Assembly: GCA_964016885.1 (NCBI GenBank)
Contig: OZ024744.1
Coordinates: 90,644,001 to 90,708,000, forward strand
Length of the DNA stretch: 64,000 nucleotides
Reading direction: 5' to 3'
DNA from: Eledone cirrhosa
Lineage: Eukaryota
How positions within the stretch are numbered: the first letter of the stretch is position 1; every line of letters begins with the position of its first letter. The notes under the pieces are model-generated. The model was not told where the DNA came from. It made no database searches and worked only from the letters and a program-made list of their open reading frames with translations. Below are positions 1-11,257 of this stretch, piece after piece. The translations under genes were made by a program, and so were the position numbers.

Positions 1-23
1 TAAGCCATGTATATATATATATG

Positions 24-55
<32 letters not shown>

Positions 56-60
56 TATAA

Positions 61-586
61 TGAAAAATGAAACAAAATGTCATTTCCCACTCTTAGTACG
101 GCTGTTACTTAAATATAAGTATGTACACGTACATACATATATGTATACAGACGTACAGTAGTATGTATATATATATACATACATGCACACATATATATAT
201 GTACGTATGGATTCACCGAACATTTATTATAATGCTCGGTGTGTTTTTAAACAAACATCCTGTATTAAGCCGTAGTGTCTAGCAACCATCGTTGCTCGTT
301 TGTTCAACACTGACAAAGGAATGCTGTACTAGTTTCAAGCTTATTAGCTATCGTCAGCAACGTATACCTTCCTGCCAGATTGTTGAACGTATATACTTAC
401 CTTATGCATATTAATGGCTGAGTAGCCCAATTTGCATATCGAGTGGATTAATCGGCCGGGTGCACCGAAAACGATAAACGGAAAAAAATGAAACAAAATT
501 TCATTTCCCACTCTTAGTACGGCTGTTACGTAAATATAAGTATGTACACGTGCATACATATATGTATACAGACGTACAGCAGTATG

Positions 587-600
<14 letters not shown>
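61..600 (-). repeat. ~420-bp non-coding unit (about 1.3 tandem copies) carrying a minimal hammerhead motif; Penelope pLTR/retrozyme-like
   Basis: AAAAATGAAACAAAAT..CATTTCCCACTCTTAGTACGGCTGTTAC recurs at ~63 and ~485. The same unit occurs at 7809-8345 and inverted at 9113-9310. Confidence 0.75.
321..363 (-). ncRNA. minimal type-I hammerhead ribozyme motif
   Basis: Minus strand reads ACGTTG-CTGACGA-t-AGCT-aata-AGCT-t-GAA-ACTAGT-A-CAGCAT: intact CUGANGA/GAAA core, 4-bp stem II, palindromic stem III and a GUA cleavage triplet. Confidence 0.7.
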
Positions 601-621
<21 letters not shown>

Positions 622-628
622 GTATATA

Positions 629-666
<38 letters not shown>

Positions 667-673
<7 letters not shown>

Positions 674-930
674 TGTTTCCTTGAGCAAGACACTTTATTT
701 CACATTGCTCCAGTTTACTCAGCTGTAGAAATGAGATGATAGGGACTGGGGTCCCTATCATTCCACTGCAAAGTGGTCGTGGAGGAGCCACGGCAAAAAA
801 GCACCCAGCACTCACTGTAAATGAGGTTGGTGTTAGGAAGGGCATCCAGCTGTAGAAATCAAGCCAGAATCAGTTCCCGTCCCACCCTTGCAAGCAGGGA
901 AAAAGCGGACGTAAAATGAAATGATGATGA
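667..930 (+). mobile_element. 5'-truncated CORE-type SINE with RTE-derived 3' tail
   Basis: CCTTGAGCAAGACACTTT..CAGTTTACTCAGCTGTAGAAATG resembles the CORE domain. The 3' end CCCGTCCCACCCTTGCAAGCAGGGAAAA(A)GCGGACGTAAAATGA..(GAT)n matches the RTE end at 19640-19701. Confidence 0.7.
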
Positions 931-947
931 TATATACATATATATAT

Positions 948-1164
948 AACGAAGGAAATGTGGTAGGGAACCAGATGGACCACAACGCACCAAACTACTC
1001 AATACTTAGGGTAGTAGAGTGGGTAATAGGAACGAGTAGGACCCCGACGGCCGAGTTCAGGCCGTTTCGACAGCTAATTCTGGACTAAAAAAAAAAAAAA
1101 ATTAGTCCCGAATTAGCCGTCGAAACGGCCTGAGCTCAGCCGTCGGGGTCCTACTCATTCCTAT
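948..1164. repeat. fold-back dispersed repeat (about 60-bp inverted arms around a poly-A)
   Basis: TAGGAACGAGTAGGACCCCGACGG..GGACT / AGTCCCG..CCGTCGGGGTCCTACTCATTCCTA; relatives at 16520-16662 and 58745-58912. Confidence 0.7.
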
Positions 1165-1252
1165 ATATATATATATATGTAAATATATACGTATATATAC
1201 ATATATGTATATATATATATACATATATATACGTATATATATATGTATATAT

Positions 1253-2803
1253 ATACTATATTATATTTTGAGATTAAACTCTCAGTCGTTTACAATTAAT
1301 AAGCTCCAAGAAAGGGACATTTCCGAGCAGTTAAATACATTAATATATATGATAAACACAAAACGTGTTTGCATTGCAACAGACAAAGTTAGCTATTAAT
1401 GAAATAAACTAATTAAAGTGAATACAATTTGTCTGTCTCGATATAAGTCAATAAAGACAAGCTTATATTGGCAAAGGCCGTGATTCCTGGACAAATTTAA
1501 ATTTCAAAATCCAAACCCGCTCCGTAGATGAATTTGAACTTCGAAACCCAAATATGTTTCGCAACGATGGTACATGAATTGAAAAATAAAGAGAATCGAA
1601 ATGGAATTGAAATAAAAAGTGAAATATCCAAATCTTCTGTGCTTATCGACAGGAATCCAGTAAAATTAGTACATTTCACCATCAAAAATTTTGCAGGTCT
1701 GACTACACGTGTGTAGCCAGGCCAAACTAGCCGTCCCGCATTCCCGGTGCTAGAAATAACAGCCGTTTATGCGGGATTAAAGATCAGCTCTACAGTTAAG
1801 GAGCAATATACTATATTATATTTTGAGATTAAACTCTCAGTCGTTTACAATTAATAAGCTCCAAGAAAGGGGCATTTCCGAGCAATTAAATACATTAATA
1901 TATATGATAAACACAAAACGTGTTTGCATAAAGTTAGCTATTAATGAAATAAACTAATTAAAGTGAATACAATTTGTCTGTCTCGATATAAGTCAATAAA
2001 GACAAGCTTATATTGGCAAAAGCCGTGATTCCTGGACAAATTTAAATTTCAAAATCCAAACCCGCTCCGTAGATGAATTTGAACTTCGAAACCCAAATAT
2101 GTTTCGCAACGATGGTACATGAATTGAAAAATAAAGAGAATCGAAATGGAATTGAAATAAAAAGTGAAATATCCAAATCTTCTGTGCTTATCGACAGGAA
2201 TCCAGTAAAATTAGTACATTTCACCATCAAAAATTTTGCAGGTCTGACTACACGTGTGTAGCCAGGCCAAACTAGCCATCCCGCATTCCCGGTGCTAGAA
2301 ATAACAACCGTTTATGCGGGATATAATATAGTATATTGCTCCTTAACTGTAGAGCTGATCTTTAATCCCGCATAAGCGGCTGTTATTTCTAGCACCAGGA
2401 ATGCGGGACGGCTAGTTTGGCCTGGCTACACACGTGTAGTCAGACCTGCAAAATTTTTGATGGTGAAATGTACTAATTTTACTGGATTCCTGTCGATAAG
2501 CACAGAAGATTTGGATATTTCACTTTTTATTTCAATTCCATTTCGATTCTCTTTATTTTTCAATTCATGTACCATCGTTGCGAAACATATTTGGGTTTCG
2601 AAGTTCAAATTCATCTACGGAGCGGGTTTGGATTTTGAAATTTAAATTTGTCCAGGAATCATGGCCGTTGCCAATATAAGCTTGTCTTTATTGACTTATA
2701 TCGAGACAGACAAATTGTATTCACTTTAATTAGTTTATTTCATTAATAGCTAACTTTGTCTGTTGCAATGCAAACACGTTTTGTATTTATCATATATATT
2801 AAT
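1253..2803. repeat. ~545-bp unit: two direct copies plus one inverted copy
   Basis: Identical 62-aa spurious ORFs at 1528/2073 (+) and 2614 (-) mark the copies; the inversion point is near 2320. Confidence 0.9.
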
Positions 2804-2878
2804 GTATATATATATACGTATATATATATATACGTATATATATATATATGTATATATATATATACATATACGTATATA

Positions 2879-3377
2879 TGTACAGCCACCGGAAATAACA
2901 GCTGTGAAATATACAGCGCCATCTACCTGTTAGCTAGCTACTCAACACGAAACAAAAGAACCCTTAGAGCCTACCAGAATTAGAACCTACTAGAATTAGA
3001 ACCTACCAGAATAAACACCTACACATCGACTAAACAACAAAGGATTGTTCCTGTATAAATAGAGTGGTTCCTAACACTTTCGCTAGTCGACTTTTGGCAG
3101 AGTCAGCTAGCGCATCGTTGTTCCTTTACTCTGCCACACTTTGTCACTCACACACGCATTGCCTTGTACCCCGTATCGTTGCTTCATGTGAAAATAAATA
3201 GCTGATCGAATTTACATCTCGCCTTGCTTCGTCCTTTCAACTTGTGCTTTCGTCTGTCCATCCTCAACAGTTCTTTTAAGGGCTATATGCGACAACAGTC
3301 CTTTTAAGGGCTATCTTCATATCTGATCAGACCGTATGCGATAACAGTCCTTCTAAGGACTATTCTCGGATCTGATC
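2879..3377 (+). repeat. 5' LTR (3'-truncated)
   Basis: Near-identical to 6998-7514 and starts TGTACAGCCACC. Confidence 0.9.
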
Positions 3378-6091
3378 GACGCAATCCACAGTGAGCCCTG
3401 TAATTTGCCAGTCAGAATCTTCACGGTACAACGGCATTCTCCAGAAATACCCAGACATCACTCGCCCGGTATTTAAGGATAGTCCCATTAAGCATAGTGT
3501 CACGCACCACATCGAGACAAAGGGACCACCCACAGCTGCCCGACCAAGGAGACTGCCTCCAGACCGATTGAGAATTGCCAAGCAGGAGTTCCAACACATG
3601 CTGGACCTTGGAATCATTCGCCCTTCCTCCAGCAACTGGTCTGCACCCCTACACCTTGTTCCCAAAAAAAAAACGAGAATGATTGGCGACCATGTGGGGA
3701 TTATCGTGCACTTAACAATTCTACAGTGCCCGATAATTACCCTGTACCTCACCTGCACGATATTTCTGCCTCTCTGCAAGGCGCACGTATCTTTTCCAAG
3801 GTAGATCTGGTGCGTGCATATAACCAGATACCTATGGAGCCTGCAGACATTCCGAAGACCGCAATCACAACACCGTTCGGTTTATTCGAATTCCTGCGAA
3901 TGCCGTTCGGTCTGCGCAACGCTGCACAAACTTTTCAGCGGTTCATTGACACCGTGTTACGCGATCTACCCTTCGTATACGTGTATATTGACGACATGCT
4001 GGTAGCAAGTACTTCCGAGAATGAACACGAGAAGCACTTAGATCTCCTTTTCCGACGTTTGGCTGAGTACGGTATCATCATCAACCCCAGCAAGTGCCTT
4101 CTCGGCGTTCCTTCACTGTCCTTTCTCGGGCACATCATTGATAAAGACGGCATTCGTCCATTTCCCGAGAAAGTAGAAGCTATCCGCAGTTTTCCTGCAC
4201 CTACATCACTTCGGAAACTGCGTGAATTCCTTGGTCTGGTGAATTTTTATAGGCGGTTCATCCCTCATTGTTCCGACGCAGCCAGACTCCTCACGGACCT
4301 TCTTCGTAACCAGACTCGCAAAAACGAGGAAGAATTAACATCTTTTAACGCCTGAAGGAAATGTTGGCAAACGCTTCCATGCTCGTTTTTCCCAGGTCTG
4401 GCGCTCCTCTTTCGCTGCTAGTGGACGCATCAGACACGGGGGTTGGAGGCGTTCTACAACAACATGTCGACGGCGTGTGGCAACCCTTATCCTTCTTTTC
4501 TAAGCGGTTGCAACCGGCAGAAACGAAATACAGTACCTTTGGCCGCGAACTCTTGGCAACCTATCTTTCGGTTAAGCATTTTCGGCACATGCTCGAAGGA
4601 TCAGATTTTGTGATCTACACGGACCATAAACCACTAGTTTATGCGTTCCGTACCAAACCTGATCGACATTCACCGAGAGAACTCCGACACCTGGATTTTG
4701 TCTCCCAATATTCAACTGATATTCGGCATATCAAGGGAACAGACAACGTAGCAGCCGACGCCCTGTCCCGAATCCAGCTGAACGCAATACATGTGCATTC
4801 AGGCATCGACCTTCAACAAATCGCAGCTGACCAAGAGACTGACGAAGAGTTTATGAAACTCCGAGATTCGCCATCCCTCAAGTTTCAGCAAGTTCCCATT
4901 CCTTCTTCTCCGGGACAAATTTGGTGCAACCTTTCTACCGGTCATGAACGACCGTACGTACCACAGATGCATCGTCGACAAGTTTTTTCTGCTTTACACT
5001 GCTTGTCTCATCTGGAAATCCGGGCTACACAGAAACTCATCTCTGCTCGTTTTGTGTGGACTAACATTAACAAGGACGTGCGCGACTGGTCCAGGAGCTG
5101 CATTGCCTGCCAGAAAGCCAAAGTCCACAGACACATCAAAACTCCACTCGGCACATTCGCGCAACCTGATGCACGTTTTCATCATGTGCATATCGACATC
5201 GTCGGATCTCTACCACCATCACAGAACTACACACACTTGCTCACCTGCATCGATCGATTTTCTCGTTGGCCTGAGGCTTTTCCCATAAATGATACCTCAG
5301 CAGAAACAGTCGCTAAAACTTTGGTTTTACACTGGGTATCACGTTATGGCGCCCCAGCGAAGATAACAACGGACAGAGGACGCCAATTTGACTCTCACCT
5401 CTTCAGGGAACTGACTCGCCTGTTAGGATGTAAACACATCCGCACGACAGCTTATCACCTGCAAGCTAATGGTCTCGTGGAAAGATTCCATCGCCAATTG
5501 AAAGCTGCAATAAAAGCATATCCAGACAAGACCCACTGGTTTGAATACCTACCACTCATCCTTCTGGGCATTCGATCCACCGTTAAAGAGGAATTCGGAC
5601 ACACACCTGCAGAATTAGTGTACGGCACCACCCTGGTTCTACCTGGTCAGATGGTTGCTCCCATCTCTCCTCAGGACGTTCCAGACCCAGGATCATACGT
5701 ACACCGTCTTCGACAATATATGTCTCACCTTGCTCCTGCAAGCACCCGTCAACAGAACACGGCCACACACGTACCTTCAGACATTGATGATTGGACACAC
5801 GTTTTCGTTCGAAACGACACCATCTCAGCTCATCTTCGACCTCCATATTCTGGCCCTTATCGTGTTCTAAAAAAATATCCGAAATATTTTATTCTCGATG
5901 TAGATGGTAAACAGAATTCTGTCAGCGTGGACAGATTAAAAAAAGCCATCATGGATACTGTTACAGTCTCTACACCAGAAACTCCAACAGATTGCTGTCC
6001 CAGCGAGCCACCTGTTTCATCTCCAGTCACGAGAAACGGACGACGCGTCCATTGGCCCGCAAAGTTGGCACAATATGTGAATTACCGTTAA
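3372..6091 (+). pseudogene. pol: gypsy pol (RT, RNase H, integrase) with two frame breaks
   Basis: [42 protein letters not shown] zinc finger and DDE core ([22 protein letters not shown]), GPY motif. Frameshift in the A-run near 3665 and a break near 4355. Confidence 0.93.
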
Positions 6092-6997
6092 CCTCAAGTG
6101 AGTTTCTTAATCATTCTTCGTGCAAAACATTTCCATTTTTCTTGTGTTTACTATTTCCAGTTTCAAATACAATGAACTTTCTGCTTGAACAATTGCAATT
6201 TTTAGTGACCATGTGCTCATGTCACGAAGACATTATTTATTATGAACATTATTTACATTGTGTATATCATTGTGTATAACATTTTTTTTCTTCTCTCTCT
6301 TGTTTTGCAAAATTTGTATTTTTCTTGTTCTGTAACATTGATTGTGTAATTGCCATAATGTTTATATACATACAAGGCGTGTACATATTCTGTTTTTCAT
6401 GCACACTACAAAACCACATTTGTTTCACCTTTTGGTTCATACACTGAGCAATAGATATTTGTGTCCCTCTAACTCTTACACTACAAAATGTTTTCTCTTT
6501 GATCACGCATTTCACAAATCACAACCTCAAAACACTGGCCTTCTGTTTTCACGTACACATTCACTCAATAGCTCGAGAATGCCTCGCTATTTTTTTACCA
6601 CATGCATTCGCTCAAGTCATATGCTGTGGAGCAAGCTGTTACCTTTAGGCAGCATGCTTACGGCCATTCAGTTCACACATTACGGTTATCTTCACTGCCC
6701 AGTTAGACTTTTTGTCACGCAATTCACAGGCAGCTCAACCGAAATTGCAACAGGCTCATTCATCACGCCTGCATAAATCTGGTCAAAGTCATTTTATAGT
6801 TTATTTCTTTTTTCTCTTCCTGACACACACATCTTGCCATATCATCTCTACATCGACTCTGTCCTGTACTCGATGATCACAAAATTTCACAACGTGCTGG
6901 ACAATCCTGGGGCTATTGTCATGACAAATGCACCACTGGCCCATTCCTATACGATATTTCGCTCTTTTGTTGTACAAAAGAACTGGCAGGGGGCTAA

Positions 6998-7552
6998 TGT
7001 ACAACCACCGGAAATAACAGCTGTGAAATATACAGCGCCATCTACCTGTTAGCTAGCTACTCAACGTGAAACAAAAGAACCCTTAGAACCTACCAGAATT
7101 AGAACCTACTAGAATTAGAACCTACCAGAATTAGAACCTACTAGAATTAGAACCTACCAGAATAAACACCTACACATCGACTAAACAACAAAGGATTGTT
7201 CCTGTATAAATAGAGTGGTTCCTAACACTTTTGGCAGAGTCAGCTAGCGCATCCTTGTTCCTTTACTTTGCCACACTTTGTCACTCACACACGCATTGCC
7301 TTGTACCCCGTATCGTTGCTTCATGTGAAAATAAATAGCTGATCGAATTTACATCTCGCCTTGCTTCGTCCTTTCAACTTGTGCTTTCGTCTGTCCATCC
7401 TCAACAGTTCTTTTAAGGGCTATATGCGACAACAGTCCTTTTAAGGGCTATCTTCATATCTGATCAGACCGTATGCGATAACAGTCCTTCTAAGGACTAT
7501 TCTCGGATCTGATCAGAAGTAGTGACTAGACTGACCAACCAGCATCGCTACA
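6998..7552 (+). repeat. 3' LTR
   Basis: TGTACAACC...GCTACA; contains TATAAA and AATAAA signals plus short internal tandem repeats. Confidence 0.92.
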
Positions 7553-7583
7553 TATATATATGTATATATATATATACGTATAC

Positions 7584-7640
<57 letters not shown>

Positions 7641-7808
7641 CATATATATATACATATATACATATATACATATATATACATCCAGGGCATCCTGGCTGTA
7701 AATATCAAGCCATAATCATTTCCCGTCCCACCCTTGCAAGCAGGGAAAAGCAGACGTAAAATGAAATGATGATGATGATGATACATATATATATATACAT
7801 ATATATAT

Positions 7809-7853
7809 AAGTATGTATACGTACATACATATATGTATACAGATGTACAGTAG

Positions 7854-7907
<54 letters not shown>

Positions 7908-8345
7908 TATATACATATATACATGCACACATATATATATGTACGTATGGATTCACTGAACATTTATTATAATGCTCGGTGTGTTTGTAAACAAACATCC
8001 CGAATTAAGCCGTAGTGTCTAGCAACCATCCTTGCTCATATGTTCAACACTGACAAAGGAACGCTGTACTAGTTTCAAGCTTATTAGCTATCATCAGCTT
8101 ATTAGCTATCATATACCTTCCTGCCAGATGGTTGAACGTCTGAAAGTATATACTTTCCTTGTGCATATTAACGGCTGAGCAGCCTAATTTGCATATCGAG
8201 TGAATTAATCAGCCGGGGTACTGAAAACGATAAACGGAAAAAATGAAACAAAATTTCATTTCTCACTCTTAGTACGGCTGTTACTTAAATATAAGTATGT
8301 ATACGTACATACATATATGTATACAGACGTACACTAGTATGTATA
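7809..8345 (-). repeat. second copy of the hammerhead-bearing unit, terminally redundant
   Basis: Homologous to 61-600. Core CTGATGA..GAAACTAGTA lies at 8061-8097 (-); a local duplication replaces the 5' strand of stem I. Confidence 0.75.
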
Positions 8346-8361
8346 TATATATATATTGTTT

Positions 8362-9101
8362 ACTCGAGAGAAGGCTACGTTGGTACGGTCACGTGATGCG
8401 CATGAAAGACGACAGCTGTATAACAAAGTGCAGGGCAATAAAGATAGACGGTAGCCACGGAGTAGGCAGACCCAGAAAAACATGGGACGAGCTGATAAAT
8501 TCCGACCTCACACGCTTACACCTCTCCAAGACAATGTCACTGGACCGAGACCTTTGGCGGTACTCAGTAATAGAGAAGACCCGCCTTACCTAAATACAAA
8601 GTAAAAACCTACTACAGTCAGTAGGCACCTCTATCAAAACACACCCCCGTCCCACCACCTCCACCCCACCCACACCGCCCCTTTCAATGTAAAGTTATGT
8701 TGGTCCCACAACATCCAGGCCGAAACAAATGAGATCGTGTAGGTGTCACGACAAAAAACACACAGTCCACGCTGTAAATGTGGCCGTGTAGGCAACACGG
8801 TAAAAACCTCCCAGCCCCACACTGTAAATGTGGTTGGTGTTAGGAAGGGCATCCAGCTGTAGAAAACCCGCCAGACAGTCCACGCTGTAATGTGGCCGTG
8901 TAGGCAACACGGTAAAAACCTCCCAGCCCCACACTGTAAATGTGGTTGGTGTTAGGAAGGGCATCCAACTGTAGAAAACCCGCCAGACAGTCCTATGCGA
9001 GCAAGACAACCACTCTTGCCTCAAGTGGGAAAACCCCCGTCCAAACCCATGCAAGCGTGGAACACGGACGCTAAAGCTGATGATGATGATGATGATGATG
9101 A
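8362..9101 (+). mobile_element. RTE-clade LINE 3' fragment with long 3' UTR and (GAT)n tail
   Basis: ERRLRWYGHVMRM..GRPRKTW; tail GATGATGAT; internal ~114-bp tandem duplication. Confidence 0.85.
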
Positions 9102-9112
9102 TATATATATAT

Positions 9113-10324
9113 AGAGTGGGAAATGAAATTTCGTTTCATTCTATTCCATTTTCGGTGTGCCCGGCTGACTGAACTCACTCGATATGCAAATTAGGCTGCT
9201 CAGCCGTTAATATGCAGAAGTAAAGTATATACTTTCAGACGTTCAACCATCTGGCAGGAAGGTATACGTTGCTGACGATAGCTAATAAGCTTGAAACTAG
9301 TACATCGTTGCTGTTAATCTTAAAATTACTATTGACCTTTCCAATGTAGATTTCCTAGATATAAACCTAGATTTGCCTACAGCTTCTTATAAACCATACC
9401 ATAAACCTAATGAAAACTTAAAATATATAAATAAAGGCTCTTGCTATCCTCCTATAGTTTTTAAAAACCTTATCCCTAATATTAGCCGTAGGATCTCCAC
9501 CCTCTCTTCCTCAGAAGCTATTTTTAATAAGGCATCCCCCTACTATAATAAAGCCCTCCAAAATAGCGGTTTTAGCGAACCGATTAAATACATACCCAAC
9601 TATACTAACTCTATTAAACATAAAAACAGGAAAAGAAAAATAATCTGGTTCACACCCCCCTACTCTCTAGCAGTTAAAACTAATTAATGTAGGCAAAAAA
9701 TTCCTAGAGCTCCTAGATAAACATTTCCCTAGAACACATAGATACTATAAGATCTTTAACAGAAACTATGTCAAAATTAGCTATTCCTGCGGTCCCCCTA
9801 TTAAGTCCTATATCATCAACAAAATATCACCTAGAGAAAATCAAACTTGCTCCTGTAGAATCAAAAGTGATTGCCCATTACAAGGTAAATGCAACACCAA
9901 AGCCATTGTATATGCGGCTTAAGTGACAACCATCAGCAACAACCATCCAACCACCAGTGAACGATATGTGGGTATGACGCAAGACAAATTCAAAACGCGT
10001 TATTACTCACATGTCGCATCCTTTCGACATCCAGAAAAAAGATTTACAACAGCTCTGGCTAGCAGAATTTGGGATTTGAAAGACCAAGGCATCCAATATA
10101 AATTAGATTGGTCAATTTTGAACCAATCTAAAGAATATGCTAGAGGAACAAGAAAATGCACGCTCTGCGTAAATGAAAAATATTGGATATTGCAAAATCT
10201 TAAATCACCAAAGACCTGCCTGAACACAAAGACGGAAATTTTCACCAGTTGCCCACACATGAAATCACACCTGCTTTCCAGCTCATATAAACTTAACACA
10301 CTTTCAGATACTTATCCTCCATAA
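9113..10324 (+). mobile_element. Penelope-like element (Naiad-type), 5'-deleted: pLTR plus RT C-terminus and GIY-YIG endonuclease, disrupted
   Basis: DFLDINLDL..YKPYHKPN, IIWFTPPYS, CSC..CPLQGKC..IVY, YVGMT..FKTRY..H, CTLC..EK. Hammerhead at 9266-9308 on the same strand; frameshift near 9687 and TAA near 9920. Confidence 0.88.
9266..9308 (+). ncRNA. minimal type-I hammerhead ribozyme motif
   Basis: ACGTTG-CTGACGA-tAGCTaataAGCTt-GAA-ACTAGT-A-CATCGT. Confidence 0.68.
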
Positions 10325-11257
10325 ACTCTTATTATTCTCTTTATAATTACCCTTTCTGATTTACTTTCATTTTTATCCTTATCATTAATTTCCTTTATTT
10401 TTATTTTTATTTTTATTTTCATATATTTTTTTATTTATCGGACATATATTTATAATTCAATAACATAAAAATAATATAACATAATAATGTTAATATTACA
10501 CTGGCAGACACACAGAATCAATGGAAAATGCTTAAGACATATTTACGTGATGAATACAAAGAGACAATAACAGAAGATAGGAAAATAGACAGCATGTGGT
10601 AGTAAAAAAATAAATAAAATAAAAACGAAAAAGAAAAACAAGCACAGACACGTAGGCGTTACAAGTCATTAGGTAAATATAGATAATACTATTCTAAATC
10701 AAAGAATTGAATTAAAAACCTTATTAAATTAATTAATACTAAAATTGTTTAAAAGACATCATGGGTCACTTCACACGGAACAGAACCCAAGTCATCAAAG
10801 TCGAATAAAATCAAGATATTTCAATAAAAAAGCTAAGAGATCTATCAGGATATATTACGATCCATCCCGATGAATAACGCTATCCAAGAAAAAAACTCTA
10901 AATAAAACTATGATAGACCAATGGGAACAGAAAGAAGTAAAACTATGGAGGGTAGGAAGGAGCATAATTATATATAATCAATAAGGCGAATATTAGGTGT
11001 AGAAAGGACGGGGTTCATTAGCCTTAGATGTAGGAGACTAAAACTAAACTATTCAATAAGATACCCTCCAACCAGGGATGAAAATAAAGATAGAAACTTA
11101 TAAGGCGACAATGGTGAGTAAAAATGTAATAATGGTTAAGATGATAGATAGGGTAAGATAGCTAAAAAGACTATGAAAACTAAAAACGAAAAACCGTAGA
11201 AAACTAATAATGGTAATAATAATGAACTAAAACCAAAGAGATAAGGAAATATAGCAG

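Larger units (their letters stand above)
2879..7552 (+). mobile_element. Ty3/gypsy LTR retrotransposon, internally deleted (no PBS/gag/protease), inserted in (TA)n
   Basis: TG...CA LTRs at 2879-~3377 (truncated) and 6998-7552; purine-rich PPT GGCAGGGGGCTAA before the 3' LTR; domain order RT-RNaseH-INT. Confidence 0.95.

Noticed and set aside
1520-1565. TAGATGA..TTCGAAAC as a hammerhead core in the 545-bp unit
   Set aside because: The core deviates at two positions, and stem II and stem I do not pair.
1725-1785. Twister- or HDV-like fold, and GCTAGAAATA resemblance to the sgRNA scaffold
   Set aside because: There is no convincing P1 for twister and too few nucleotides for HDV P3/P1. The sgRNA likeness is just a GAAA-tetraloop hairpin.
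1497-2645. Six 62-aa ORFs (two sequences, three copies each) as a small gene family
   Set aside because: They are a by-product of the repeated unit on both strands, with no recognisable domain.
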